Positions 37,019-48,940 of a stretch of 64,000 nucleotides of DNA are shown here, piece after piece; the stretch's first letter is position 1, and each line of letters starts with the position of its first letter. The DNA is from Botryllus schlosseri (lineage: Eukaryota): assembly GCA_051294905.1 (NCBI GenBank), contig CM119371.1, positions 29,886,001-29,950,000 of the forward strand. Reading direction: 5' to 3'. Below the pieces are notes generated by a model. The model searched no databases and was not told the origin of the DNA. It saw only the letters and a list, made by a program, of their open reading frames with translations. Position numbers and translations under genes: made by a program.

Positions 37019-40000
37019 TCACAAGTCACGGAGCCGCAAACAATCGCTGAGAATCTTCCAGACGTCGCTGACCGAAGATATCGTGAAGTCCTGCGTAAAG
37101 GATTTCAAAGTGTTGCTGTCATATTTGACGGTCCCTGTCACGAGGACCATGCACGTTGACTTGCCCTCGGTGAACCGGGTCAGGACAGGCTGGCAATCGA
37201 AACTGTCCACGGTGTGGTAGCATGTTGGCAGATCCTGTATGGAAATAATAATCGGTTCAAAGTAAGATGAGACCAGAGGTGAACAGTAACAAATTACTTT
37301 CTACTTTTTTGAGAGAGAATTTAGTCGGTTCCATGAACATCGAAAATACATAGATACATGAATACAAAGCAAAGTTAAGTAAGTATATATAATTTAATCA
37401 GAGGTGGTCAAAGTAGTCAAGAAAGCTACTCAAGTAGAAGTAGAAGTAGCGACGAAAAAATCTACTCAAGTACGAGTAGAAGTACTTCTTCAATGAGCAA
37501 CCTAAAACTACTTGAAGTAGAAGTAGATTTTACTGACTTTAAAAGTACTCAAGTAAGTAAGTAGTTGTGAAAACGATCGTAATTCGTTCACATGGATAGT
37601 AAAAAAGTGCAAATTGAGCTATGCGAAAGGTGACGAGCTTATTGATTCATATTGATGTATACCAGCAGGCAGGTCTCCAATTTTCGATATGCATTCGTCC
37701 ACATCATGGGATGAAAATGATAGTATTGATATGGAAATGCGATACTAATCCTCTGTTTACTCAAAAAGCACGTTTTAGAAAATATCATGGTACTGCGCAC
37801 TCCCCATGTTATAAGGCCTGTAGTTTAGTCGAAGAGCAATACGGAGATGTTGTATTGGATACGGTGTAAACACTTTGTGCGATTAGTAAACGTTAAAATG
37901 CTATATTGTGTAGCTTTATTTCTGGAAATTGAAGAATTTACTGCACTTGTTTTTATACTTCAACATGTACGTTATCCAGACAAAAGAACTGATATAAATT
38001 AGAAATCAAAATATATGGTACTGGGAATTGAAAGTGAAATATGAATCTAAAAATGGAACATGTATTTATAATGTCTTTAGTCCAGAAAGTTTCGAAGGTT
38101 GGTATGCTAAAACAGTTCTAAAACTAAAAAAAATTCAGAGTCCACTTTTCCAGATTAAGACAAGCCATGGACAGCTTGATTACAATATGATAAGTAAATG
38201 CTAGATTAGTTTCAAACTTTATGATACTGTGATGAAATACTTGATATGGCGAAGGGCTATAATACGGTGTGAACGGAACCACGCCAATCCGCTACCTAAA
38301 TTATATTCACCGATACTTTGGTAAAATCATAATAGTTACCCCCACTTCACTGCGCGCGAAGCGCGACTAAAATTCTGGGCTCAACTCAACTCTTATGAAA
38401 ATTAAATGTCGATACTCCGTGAAAACAGCACGAATTTCTCAAGCTATCTTCCTGATTGGAGGATTAAACTACTTCTACTTGACAAACTGAAAATAGCGAA
38501 AAGTAAGTAAGTAGATCACAAAATATTATGAAGTAGAAGTAGAAGTAGTGAAATTCAGTTCTACTTGAGTAAGTACCAGAAGTAGAGGAAAACTACTTGA
38601 GTACTTCGAAAAGGTAGAAGTACTTCGTTACTGACCACCTCTGAATTTAATTCAGAAACAGGCAGTAGCGAAGGGATCAGGAGATCTACAAGTCAGCTAC
38701 AGCCTGAAAGGATGGTTGTAATGTGAAACTTGAAACAAAATATAACACGTTTGCAATGTAAGAAAACAGATGAAAACTAAGTGAAAACATTCACAGTAGG
38801 CAGGGTTGTAATGACTCGAGTCACCATTTTCTGATGACTCGAGTCATTTTCTCAAAATACTGAAATGACTCGAGTCAATCTGTGTATTGACTCGAGTCAT
38901 TGCGCATGACCCAAACCAAGTCATATGACTCGAGACTCAGACGGCCAAGACTAACATTTCATTGTAATTTCGAAGAATAGTAAAGTAACCACACTATCGG
39001 GATTTCATCTATTGGTACTGGTACTTGAAAATGCGTCCAGAAACTGCTAAAAATGACGAAAATTAGAATATTATAAATGCGAACCATTCAATATCACCAA
39101 ACAGAGTTATATAAAGTGGATTTAACAAGCCTTTAACTGGAAACTGGACAGTCAACACAATGACTTGGACTCGACTCGAGTCATAATACCATGACTCGGA
39201 CTCGACCCTCTGCTCGGTGACTTGGACTCGGTGGTGAAATGAAAATGACTCGATTCAAAACTATAAAACTGAGATTGACTTGTGACTCGGAGCCTGGTGA
39301 CTTGGTTACAACCCTGGGCTGTAGTGAAGGGATCGGGAGATCGTCAAGTCAGCTACATCGTGAAGGATGGTTGTAATACGAAACTAAAAACAAATATAAC
39401 ACGTTCTCAAAGCAAAATATAACATGTTCAAGTACATGTTCACGGCTTAACAAAACAGATGGAAACTACATGGAAACATTAACAGTAGGTAACGATAACA
39501 CTTTGGCGCTGGTTACAGGAACACAAACTAGGCAAAGGAAAGGAAAGGACGTAGTTTATTTTTGTCCTGATGTTTTTTGCGGCATATATACCGACTCATT
39601 ATACACATAGACACGATCTGCGCATATGCATACCATGAGTTCATGATGTGCATATGCCGCTGGACAAGGAAGTGCAGATATAGCCTTTACGGCTTTCTAA
39701 GTCACGCACCACCTCTCCATGCTATCCCAGTAATGCATGAGCGCCAAGCAGGGAAGTCATGGATACCAGTGTTACTAATCAGGTCTTTGGTCTGACCCGA
39801 CCGGGGATCGAACCCACGACCTACCGATCAAGAAGCCGGACGCTTCACCATTACGCTATCTTGTCGGCAGAGATACTGATCAACAAATTCATAAAGAATT
39901 TTCATACTTTCCTACAAGATAATCGTAAAACATTTGTTTAAGGATATGGAGAGGTTTATCTTTAATTCGGTGCACTGATGTAGGTTTTGCGTATTTGTGG

Positions 40001-41053
40001 GTTTCCACTTAATGAAGTTGTTATGTTATTAGGCTACAAAGAAATACTTTTTTTTACACTTTTAATTTTGAAAAATAAAAAGTGGTTTGGGATAGGCCAA
40101 ATTTTCATAGTTGTTATGAGCAAAATTATCATAGGAATGGCGAGGAATTGCGTCTGTATCACAGTAACTGAATGTATTTACAAAGACTGCCCCGATGCCC
40201 TCGTCCGTCTTTTTGGGACAGTCGCGAAGGTGCATTTTGAAGGTAGTGCTCAGCAATAACTTCTCCAACAAAATCTACTGTTCGAAGATTTTTACTTGAA
40301 AAATCTGGAAACCTTTTGTTACCGTCACTATAAGTTCTGTACTTTTGACATGTTGTGCAAATCTCTATGTCCATTGTAATTGAGTAGACATTTTTAGCAT
40401 TAGTTCTACTCGAGGGGCAGCTCAGAAAACTTTGACCACCTCTGTCTGTGAGTAGGAGATGGTGGCAGTAGAGGTAGGCCTACTACTTTATCAAATAAGT
40501 TCAGTGGAGTGGTTACCGTATGTCTTTTGACGAAATCAAAAGTAATCGAGGTCAAACAAGCCAATGTTCATATTTCTCATTCAGCCAAGTAGAAACCTGT
40601 GTTCGCATCGAACTTACGATAGCTTTATGACTGAAATGGTCACATGGCAATGGCAACCAGGAAGAGTAGCCTTATTTCGAAAGTTAATTACAACAATACA
40701 TAATCTGGACACATGCAATTTGCATGATAAATCATCCACTACATGCGCCATACCTGGATAAACTTTTGTATATTGTCTTTGCCAACAACAGGATTACCGT
40801 CCCACACCAATTTCGCGTTTTCTTGATACAGCTTATTGATTATCTGTAATTGATTTTGGAATTCATTCTCATCACATGGGAATATTAAACCAGATATTGT
40901 ATCACTATCTTACGTGACGCTTTTTGTCGAATGTATCGTAGAAGATCTTGACAAATTTTTCGCCAGCCTCGATCGCAGTTTCTATGTCAGTTTTCTGTAT
41001 GTAGAAATAGAAACCGTGTTTAGAGCCAGGAACCTTACGCCAATATCTGTCAT
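37019..41053 (-). CDS. NXT1: NTF2-related export protein (p15/NXT), 133 aa; exons 41039-41053, 40914-40994, 40754-40843, 37019-37234
   Basis: Three GT..AG phase-0 introns join MTDIG / KTDIETAIEAGEKFVKIFYDTFDKKRH / IINKLYQENAKLVWDGNPVVGKDNIQKFIQ / DLPTCYHTVDSFDCQPV...VTGTVKYD...FTQDF...VWKILSDCLRLRDL. Exon 1 is the least certain (44-bp first intron). NXT1 vs NXT2 cannot be distinguished. Confidence 0.9.
37399..38643. mobile_element. hAT-type element in NXT intron 3
   Basis: TIRs CAGAGGTGGTCA / TGACCACCTCTG; perfect TSD AATTTAAT; AGTAGAAGTA/TACTCAAGTA subterminal repeats. Confidence 0.9.
38801..39316 (+). mobile_element. GACTCGAGTC-family MITE in NXT intron 3
   Basis: TIRs CAGGGTTGTAA / TTACAACCCTG; body similar to ~33788-34170; no clean 8-bp TSD. 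Confidence 0.8.
39534..39868 (-). mobile_element. tRNA-derived SINE
   Basis: Minus-strand head TAGCGTAATGG (A box) ... GGTTCGATCCC (B box); simple-repeat tail (CCTTT)n. Confidence 0.8.
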
Positions 41054-41358
41054 TTTTTCATCATTGGTTTATTAGCAATTTTATCAGTTCAATACACCAC
41101 AAAAGATGCGGTACAATGAAAAGAAAGGAAGATGTCGAAGCGACTAGGAGTTGTCTATGGAATCGGACACCCACCTTGTCGATATCTACCATAAACGAGC
41201 ACACTACACGGTACATTAGTCACATAACTAGAAGTCCAGAACACTCACAATTTCAGTTTTTTCACTCATTACGAACAGCGTGTTTTGTGTTTTCCTCTGG
41301 AGTTCAGCGAATTTACGTTGTCTTCACACAACAACACAGACACAGATTTATCTGTAAT

Positions 41359-44300
41359 CAGTGTTGCCACTCTAGGTACCAGGAAAAACACAAGATTATG
41401 TCGTGAAAAAACACTAGATTGGTGAAAAAAACACTAGATTAGTATATTGCAGGAAAAATTTGCTGTTGCCAAGTAATGATGATGACCAAGGTACAAATCC
41501 ATGGATAAGAAGTGTTCCGCACATGAACTCGATACATATGCATGATATACTGCATGATTTTTCGACGATAATTAATGAAACGAATTGATAATACTGCATA
41601 ATTATTCAACGAAAATTAATGAAACGAATTCATAATACTGCATAATTATTCAACGAAAATTAATGAAATGAATTCAATAGCGCAAAAAAATCAAATATTG
41701 TCACTTTCGAATTGTACGGGGTCATAAAAATTTATCATTCGATTGTATACCATCCATAAAACATGCGTATCTTTTGTGTGGCATCTTGGACACTACCTTA
41801 CATCTTCAACCAAACAATGGGGGGGGGGGGTTCATGTCCATGTGCATGTGCAGCATACTTCATATCCACGAATGCAGTGGAATGTGGCAATGCTAAGAGA
41901 TTCGTCATGAGCTTCCCCAGTAAAGGCAATTTTTATTCACCGAACGCATTGTGCACAGATTTCAATTTTTGCAAAAATTCTGTTGGAGGGCATTTTGACT
42001 GATAACCTGCAACTCATTTTGCGATGTTGCCAAAGCAGCCCATTCTTCCGACAAATCATCAAGCTCATCAAATAATCACAGAAGGAAATTGCACAGCTAG
42101 AGGAATGATTGATTTTACTATTCTTTGTGTTGATTAGGCTGTTAACGGATTCTATCTACAGGGTTGGTTCGATTGGTTTGAAATAAGGGCAGATTTGTTT
42201 GAAATGAGGAGAGTCTCATGTTTGAAATGAGGATAGTCATGTCAGAAATAAGGATAGTCATGTTTGAAATGAGGATAGTCGCTATATTCACTATAAAGTC
42301 AGTTGCAGTACCAGGCACGACTTCCCAGTGGTAACCCAGTCCGAACACACCCCAGACATGATGTTCAAACACGCACCAGACACGATGTACGAGTGTCAAT
42401 ACAGGCCTAACACGCCCGCACCATGTCTGAATGTCAACACAGACCGAACACGCCCCAGACACGATGTCTTAGTTTCAACTCAGATCCGAAAACAACCAAG
42501 ACACCATGTTTGAATGGCCGAACACGCCCCAGACACGATGTCCGATTGGCAGCACAGGCCGAACACACCCTAGACATGATGTCCAAACACGCCCCAGACA
42601 CGATGTCCGATTGGCAGCACAAGCCGAACACACCCCAGACATGATGTCCAAACACGCCCCAGACACGATGTCCGAGTGTCAACACAGGCCGACACGCCCC
42701 AGACATAATGTCTAAATGGCAGCACATGCCGAACACAACCCAGACATGATGTCGGAACACGCCCCACATACGATGTGCGATTGGCAACACAGTCCCAACC
42801 CCCAGACACGATGTTAATAAGGTTGGTCATGTTTGAAATAAGGTCAGTCTCGTGTTTGAAATAAGGATAGTCATGTTAGAAATGAGGATAGTCATGTTTG
42901 ATATAAGGATAGTCATGTTTGAAATGAGGTTAGTCTCATGTTTGAAATGAGGATAGTCATGTCAGAAATAAGGATAGTCATGTTTGAAATGAGGATAGTC
43001 GCTATATTCACTATGAAGTCAGTTGCAGTACCAGGCACGACTTCCCAATGGAAACCCAGTCCTAACACACCCCAGACATGATGTCAAAACACGCCCCAGA
43101 CACGATGTCCGATTGGCAGCACAGGCCGAACACACCCCAGACATGATGTTCAAACACGCCCAGACGATGTACGAGTGTCAATACAGGCCTAACACGCCCA
43201 AGACACCATGTCTGAATGGCAACACAGACCTAACACGCCCCAGACACGATGTCTTAGTGTCAACTCAGATCCGAAAACAACCAAGACACCATGTTTGAAT
43301 GGCCTAACATGCCCCAGGCAAGATGTCCGATTGGCAGCACAGGCCGAACACACCCCAGACATGATGTCCAAACACGCCCCAGACACGATGTCCGGGTATC
43401 AACACAGGCCGAACACGCCCCAGACACGATATCCGAGTGTCAACTCAGTCCGAACACAACCCAGACACCATGTTTGAATGGCCGAACACGCCCCAGACAC
43501 GATGTGCGATTGGCAACACAGTCCCAACCACCCCCCCCAGACACGATGTTAATAAGGTTGGTCATGTTTGAAATAAGGTCAGTCTCGTGTTTGAAATAAG
43601 GATAGTCATGTTAGAAATGAGGATAGTCATGTTTGATATAAGGTTAATCATGTTTGAAATGAGGTTAGTCTCATGTTTGAAATGAGGATAGTCATGTCAG
43701 AAATAAGGATAGTCATGTTTGAAATGAGGATAGTCGCTATATTCACTATAAAGTCAGTTGCAGTACCAGGCACGACTTCCCAATGGTAACCCAGTCCTAA
43801 CACACCCCAGACATGATGTCAAAACACGCCCCAGACACGATGTCCGATTAGCAGCACAGGCCGAACACACCCCAGACATGATGTTCAAACACGCGCCAGA
43901 CGATGTACGAGTGTCAATACAGGCCTAACACGCCCAAAACACCATGTCTGAATGGCAACACAGACCGAAGACGCCCCAGACACGATGTCTGATTGGCAAC
44001 TCAGATCCGAAAACAACCCAGACACCACGTTTGAATGGCCGAACATGCCTCAGACACGATGTCCGATTGGCAGCACAGGCCGAACACACCCCAGATATGA
44101 TGTCCAAGCACGCCCCAGACACGATCTGTCCGGGTATCAACGCAGGCCGAACACGCCCAAGACACCATGTCCGAATGGCAACACAGGCCGAACACACCCC
44201 AGACATAATGTCCAAACACGCCCCAGACACGATCTCCGAGTATCAACACAGGCCGAACACGCCCAAGACACGATCTCCGAGTATCAACACAGGCCGAACA

Positions 44301-45797
44301 GGCCCAAGACACCATGCCCGAATGGCAACACAGTTAGGCCTGTATTGACACTCGGACATCGTGTCTGGCGCGTGTTTGGACATCATGTCTGGGGTGTGTT
44401 CGGCCTGTGCTGTCAATCGGACATCGTGTCTGGGGCATGTTCGGCTATTCAAACATCGTGTCTGGGTTGTGTTCGGACTGAGTTGACACTCGGATATCGT
44501 GTCAGGGGCGTATTCGGTCTGTGTTGCCATTCGAGCATGATGTCTTGGGCGTGTTCGGCCTGTGTTGATACCCGGACATCGTGTCTGGGGCGTGTTTGGA
44601 CATCATGTCTGGGCAGTGTTCGGCCTGTGCTGCCAATCGAACATCGTGTCTGGGGCATGTTCGGCCATTCAAAAATGGTGTCTGGGTTGTTTTCGGATCT
44701 GAGTTGACACTAGTACATCGTGTCTGGGGCGTGTTCGGTCTGTGTTGCGATTCAGACATGGTGTCTTGGGCGAGTTAGGCCTGTCTTGACACTCGGATAT
44801 CGTGTCTGGGGTGTGTTCGGCCTGTGTTGCCACTCGGACATAGTCTCTTGGGCGTGTTCGGCCTGTGTTGATACCCGGACATTGGACATCATGTCTGGGC
44901 AGTGTTCGGCCTGTGCTGCCAATCGGACATCGTGTCTGGGGCATGTTCGGCCATTCAAACATGGTGTCTGGGTTGTTTTCGGATCTGAGTTGACACTAGG
45001 ACATCGTTTCTGGGGCGTGTTCGGTCTGTGTTGCGATTCAGACATGGTGTCTTGGGCGTGTTAGGCCTGTATTGACACTCGTAGATCGTGTCTGGCGCGT
45101 GTTCGGACATCATGTCTGGGGTATGTTAGGACTGTGTTGACGCTAGGACATCGTGTCTGGGGCGTGTTCGGACATCATGTCTGGGATGTGTTCGGACTGG
45201 GTTACCACTGGGAAGTCGTGCCTGGTACTGCAACTGACTTTATAGTGAATATAGCGACTATCCTCATTTAAAACATGACTATCCTTATTTCTGACATGAC
45301 TATCCTCATTTCAAACATGAGACTCTCCTCATTTCAAACAAATCTGTCCTTATTTCAAACCAATCGAACCAACCTTCCTCGATTCTATACACTCGAGACA
45401 CTCAAGTATGCTGTCCTCGGCAAATGAAAATCTTGCCCGAATCTGCAGACTAAGTTCAACAAGAAACGACAGAGCATGAGAGCGATATCGCTATTCATTT
45501 TTTCAGAGACTTTCGCTCATAAGTACGGATTCACAGCGCACCCTGTTACGTAATAATTGCATGTTACTGCATCACCACATAGAATTATTGAAAACAAACA
45601 CAGCCAGAGACACTAAATCGCCTTATCAGCGATAAATTTAGCGTATTATTTAGTAGTCTAACCTCAGAATATTCATTGTTCGCACAAATGCAGAAAAACA
45701 CTAGATTGGCAAAATGTTGCGAAAAAAAACACTAGAACACTAGGACGACCGAAAAATCACTAGATCTAGTGTTAAAACACGAGGAGTGGCACCACTG
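41359..45797. mobile_element. hAT-type element upstream of NXT, host to a foldback satellite
   Basis: TIRs CAGTGTTGCCACTC / GAGTGGCACCACTG; perfect TSD TCTGTAAT; AAAACACTAG subterminal repeats at both ends. Confidence 0.88.
42162..45374. repeat. Foldback element made of ~20-bp and 21-bp satellites, orientation flips at ~44335
   Basis: Ends GGTTGGTTCGATTGGTTTGAAATAAGG / CCTTATTTCAAACCAATCGAACCAACC; ATGTTTGAAATGAGGATAGTC and AACACGCCCCAGACACGATGT units; ~720-bp higher-order blocks. Confidence 0.88.
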
Positions 45798-46054
45798 TCT
45801 GTAATCCTAACCGAATGCCGCGGTGAGTCGCTGGACTCTACAGAACAGACCTATGGCTCTTTGCACGAGAGGTTGAGAGTATTTATACGACTGACAACGC
45901 AATGCTCAGCATTCTGACATTTGCATTATGTAAAACCATTAATACTACAATCCGTGAACACCATGAGTTGCGATATGAGTGTTTTATTACTACATCGACC
46001 CAGATTCCGAATCACGACAATTATGTATAACAGTTTGCACAGCGTAATCCGTCC

Positions 46055-46127
46055 GTCTCCGTAGCGCAATGGATAGCGCGCTGGACTTCTAATCCAGAGG
46101 TTCCGGGTTCGAGTCCCGGCGGAGATG
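46055..46127 (+). tRNA. tRNA-Arg(TCT), intronless
   Basis: Full cloverleaf: acceptor GTCTCCG/CGGAGAT, anticodon arm CTGGA-CTTCTAA-TCCAG (TCT 46088-46090), T arm CCGGG-TTCGAGT-CCCGG; TTTTT Pol III terminator at 46132-46136. Confidence 0.97.
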
Positions 46128-46851
46128 CTTATTTTTAGTGTTCGTTTGAAACTGACTAGTTTAGTCACTTTCAACAGGAATCCGAACAATCTTTCTCATG
46201 GGTGCAACGTTAGAATTTGACTTGTTGTTGCATTTATTGATCAACTTAATTTGTCATTTAAGAGATTCGGTTGCATTATCCGAGGGTTTTCTTTTAACCA
46301 CGTGCTCCTTACTACGCTCGACTATTTCGTATGGTTTATTCATTATATCGCAATCTTGTGGCGTTTCAAAATGATGAAATTTCTAATAAACTGAAGTCAA
46401 CCAGGGCTGATCTAGATGTGGGCGATGAGAAATAGATTTCAATAAAAGCGAACAAACAAACATATCCTATTTATCGTAGATATTACGTGTCCACGGCCTG
46501 ACGTATCGATCTCGCCTTTCGTGACATGCCACCCCATTTTTTGTCGCTTGCTTTTTTCTGTACTATCTTCTTTACTTCTCGTCATTCAGTGTGCATGCCG
46601 CCTCATTACATCGCCTAGGCCAAGAGCGGCCAACGCGTGGCCCGCAGACCCGCAAGGTAATTCGCGAAATTAGTTATAATGTCAAAAAAATAAAATTCCC
46701 AAGTATAGTTTATTGTCAACTTGCAAGGCCAACCAAATATTTGATTAGCCTGACCGGGAAATTTGGGATGGTGATGACTAAAATATAAGTTCCGACGCAT
46801 TATGGCGTAACCAGTGGCCAGCCGCCCCATTTTTCGTAGATCTTCGTATAT

Positions 46852-48448
46852 CAGGGGTCGGCAACCTTTTGCTAGTCGCGGGCCAAACTTCGGGTGTACA
46901 ACCTTTTGGCGGGCCGGATTCTTTCCTAGTACTATATTTTACGTTCACTTCGGTATATTATCGTACATTGCTGCAGTCTCAATCATACCAATCCGAAGAC
47001 ACATGTATTTACACTTCAACGACGCAGAATAGGCCTAATTGTGACAATTGACGCAGCTTTGCTTTGTGAAAGGTTTTTAACTTCTGGTAACAAGTCAGAT
47101 GAAACAAGAATCAGACCCTATTCAAAATGGACGTCCGAAATACGTGATCTTAGCTTGCTCTTCGTGAATTTCATTGTTCAAAACTATTGTTCACATGCGT
47201 ACGTGCTTCCAAAAATCGATGCAATTTTTTTTGCATTGCTGGTCAAGCTGGGATAAAGACCAATTTCACGAACGCACTCTTTGTCAAAGTCATGCAGTCA
47301 TGCTCTTGGTATAAAATTTGTCGTTCAATTCAACTGCATCGCATTTCAGAAAGGCCCATTTGAAATTTTCAGGCAATGGTTTTGCCGTCCACATTAAACA
47401 GAGTACTGAATAGTCAGAATTCATTTTGTAGAGAAGGAATGTCGGAAAAGCGGGTGAATATTCAGTAGTTAAATTTTGTATCACAGTTACAAATGTAATG
47501 TTGGTACTAGGTTTTCTCTCCTCCAGTATAGGAAAGTGAGCATAATTTTTTTTGTACTGTTGACATTTCAAGAGTCACAGATTTGTTTTGAATGCCCCTC
47601 AACATCTCATGTATGTAGTTGTTTTCCCCCTGAAGTTGCAAGTTGAATTTGTTCAGATGTGACGTTAAATGTACCAGGAAAGCAAGATGAGACACCCATT
47701 TTCGATTACAAGATTACGAGTCGGCGATATTTGTATTTTCGAGGAAAGTTGCTATTTCATTTCCCAGTTCATACACTCGTGTAAGCATAGCTGCTCGACT
47801 CAATGAGCGAGCATGACAGATATAGGCCTACATGACATCGCCATATTGATTCTCTGCTTCTAGTAATATCTGGCGTAACTGATTCAGTTGATGAGACAAA
47901 AATCATATCAACAGTTTTCCCCATTGTGGCCAAAACACTATTCAGGTTTTTTGTCTTGGCACACGATGCCTTCTGGAAAATCAAACCATAGACAGGCTAA
48001 CTAACATACGGAGGCTAGTTATCTATAATTGAATAGTTTGAGATTCCGTCATTGCGTCTCAGATGCTCCAAGCGTTTTTGAAGCAAAGGAAGAACACCTT
48101 TATTGTCACACGACTCACACCCCGTTAGAGTGATTAGCCCTTTAAAAAAGCACGAAACACCTTCGGTTGCGAGATACACCCGATTGATAAGTACTGATCC
48201 AGTCTAGTCTATCTCCATCTCCTACTTCAACCACCTTTGTTTTATGGCGTAACAATAGACTAATACGATGTAGGCTACTATTATATCGTACAATGCCGCA
48301 TTTTTTCATGCAGCGCTGCACTGCAGATTGAAACTCATTATGAAGCGGCGGGCCGCATTCTTGTGATAACCAATTATTATGTCGCGGGCCGTACGATTTC
48401 GCTTGGCGGGCCGGATCCGGCCCGCGGGCCGTAGGTTGCCGACCCTTG
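46852..48448 (-). mobile_element. 1597-bp deleted hAT (Buster/SPIN, GTF2IRD2-like) transposon, copy 1
   Basis: TIRs CAGGGGTCGGCAACCT / AGGTTGCCGACCCTTG; TSD TCGTATAT; minus-strand relics LAFLVHLTSHLNKFNLQLQG and SIFGSTYACEQ. Confidence 0.93.
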
Positions 48449-48583
48449 TCGTATATGAACATAAGTAGCATAGGCTATTTCGTTATAGATCTATTTGACT
48501 TGATATTTTTCTTGACACTTCGCGCAATTTATTGGCACTAGGTTTCTTTCTTTTAGTATATATTCGTCCCTTCCTGAAAATTA

Positions 48584-48940
48584 TGGCGGGGAAGATAGCG
48601 TAGTGGTAACGATAAGCGCCTACAAATCTGGCGGATTCCCGTCGGAGGTTCATCTGGGCCGTCGCCGGTCTTACGGCGATATAAAAGGCATAGGAAAAAA
48701 GACCCGCCGAAAGAAACCACTAGCACAAGGAATGGAAAGAACTAGTAGAAATGGCCGCGGCTTAAAAAAGGTCAACGTCCGAAAAAGAACTGTGACTTGG
48801 GGCACTCTAGGCCGAGGTGGATGTTAGATTAAAACGATCGGAACTGCGTGTCATTCGACATCCTCCTATCCGTTTATTACATCGCATTGTGTCTTATCGC
48901 ATTGTACATTGTGTATGGCTTGTTCAGATGAAAATTATAC
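48584..48940 (+). mobile_element. Degenerate SINE
   Basis: A-box-like TAGCGTAGTGG head; 3' part CATCCTCCTATC..TTACATCGC..ATTGTACATTGTGT shared with ~56615-56695 and (inverted) ~17440-17525. Confidence 0.6.

Noticed and set aside
39790..39868. tRNA-like sequences here and at ~55380 and ~59625
   Set aside because: A/B boxes present but no complete cloverleaf; followed by SINE bodies and tails.
43952..44707. 251-aa ORF and the many overlapping ORFs in 42142-45064
   Set aside because: Entirely within satellite, crosses the inversion centre, no recognisable domain.
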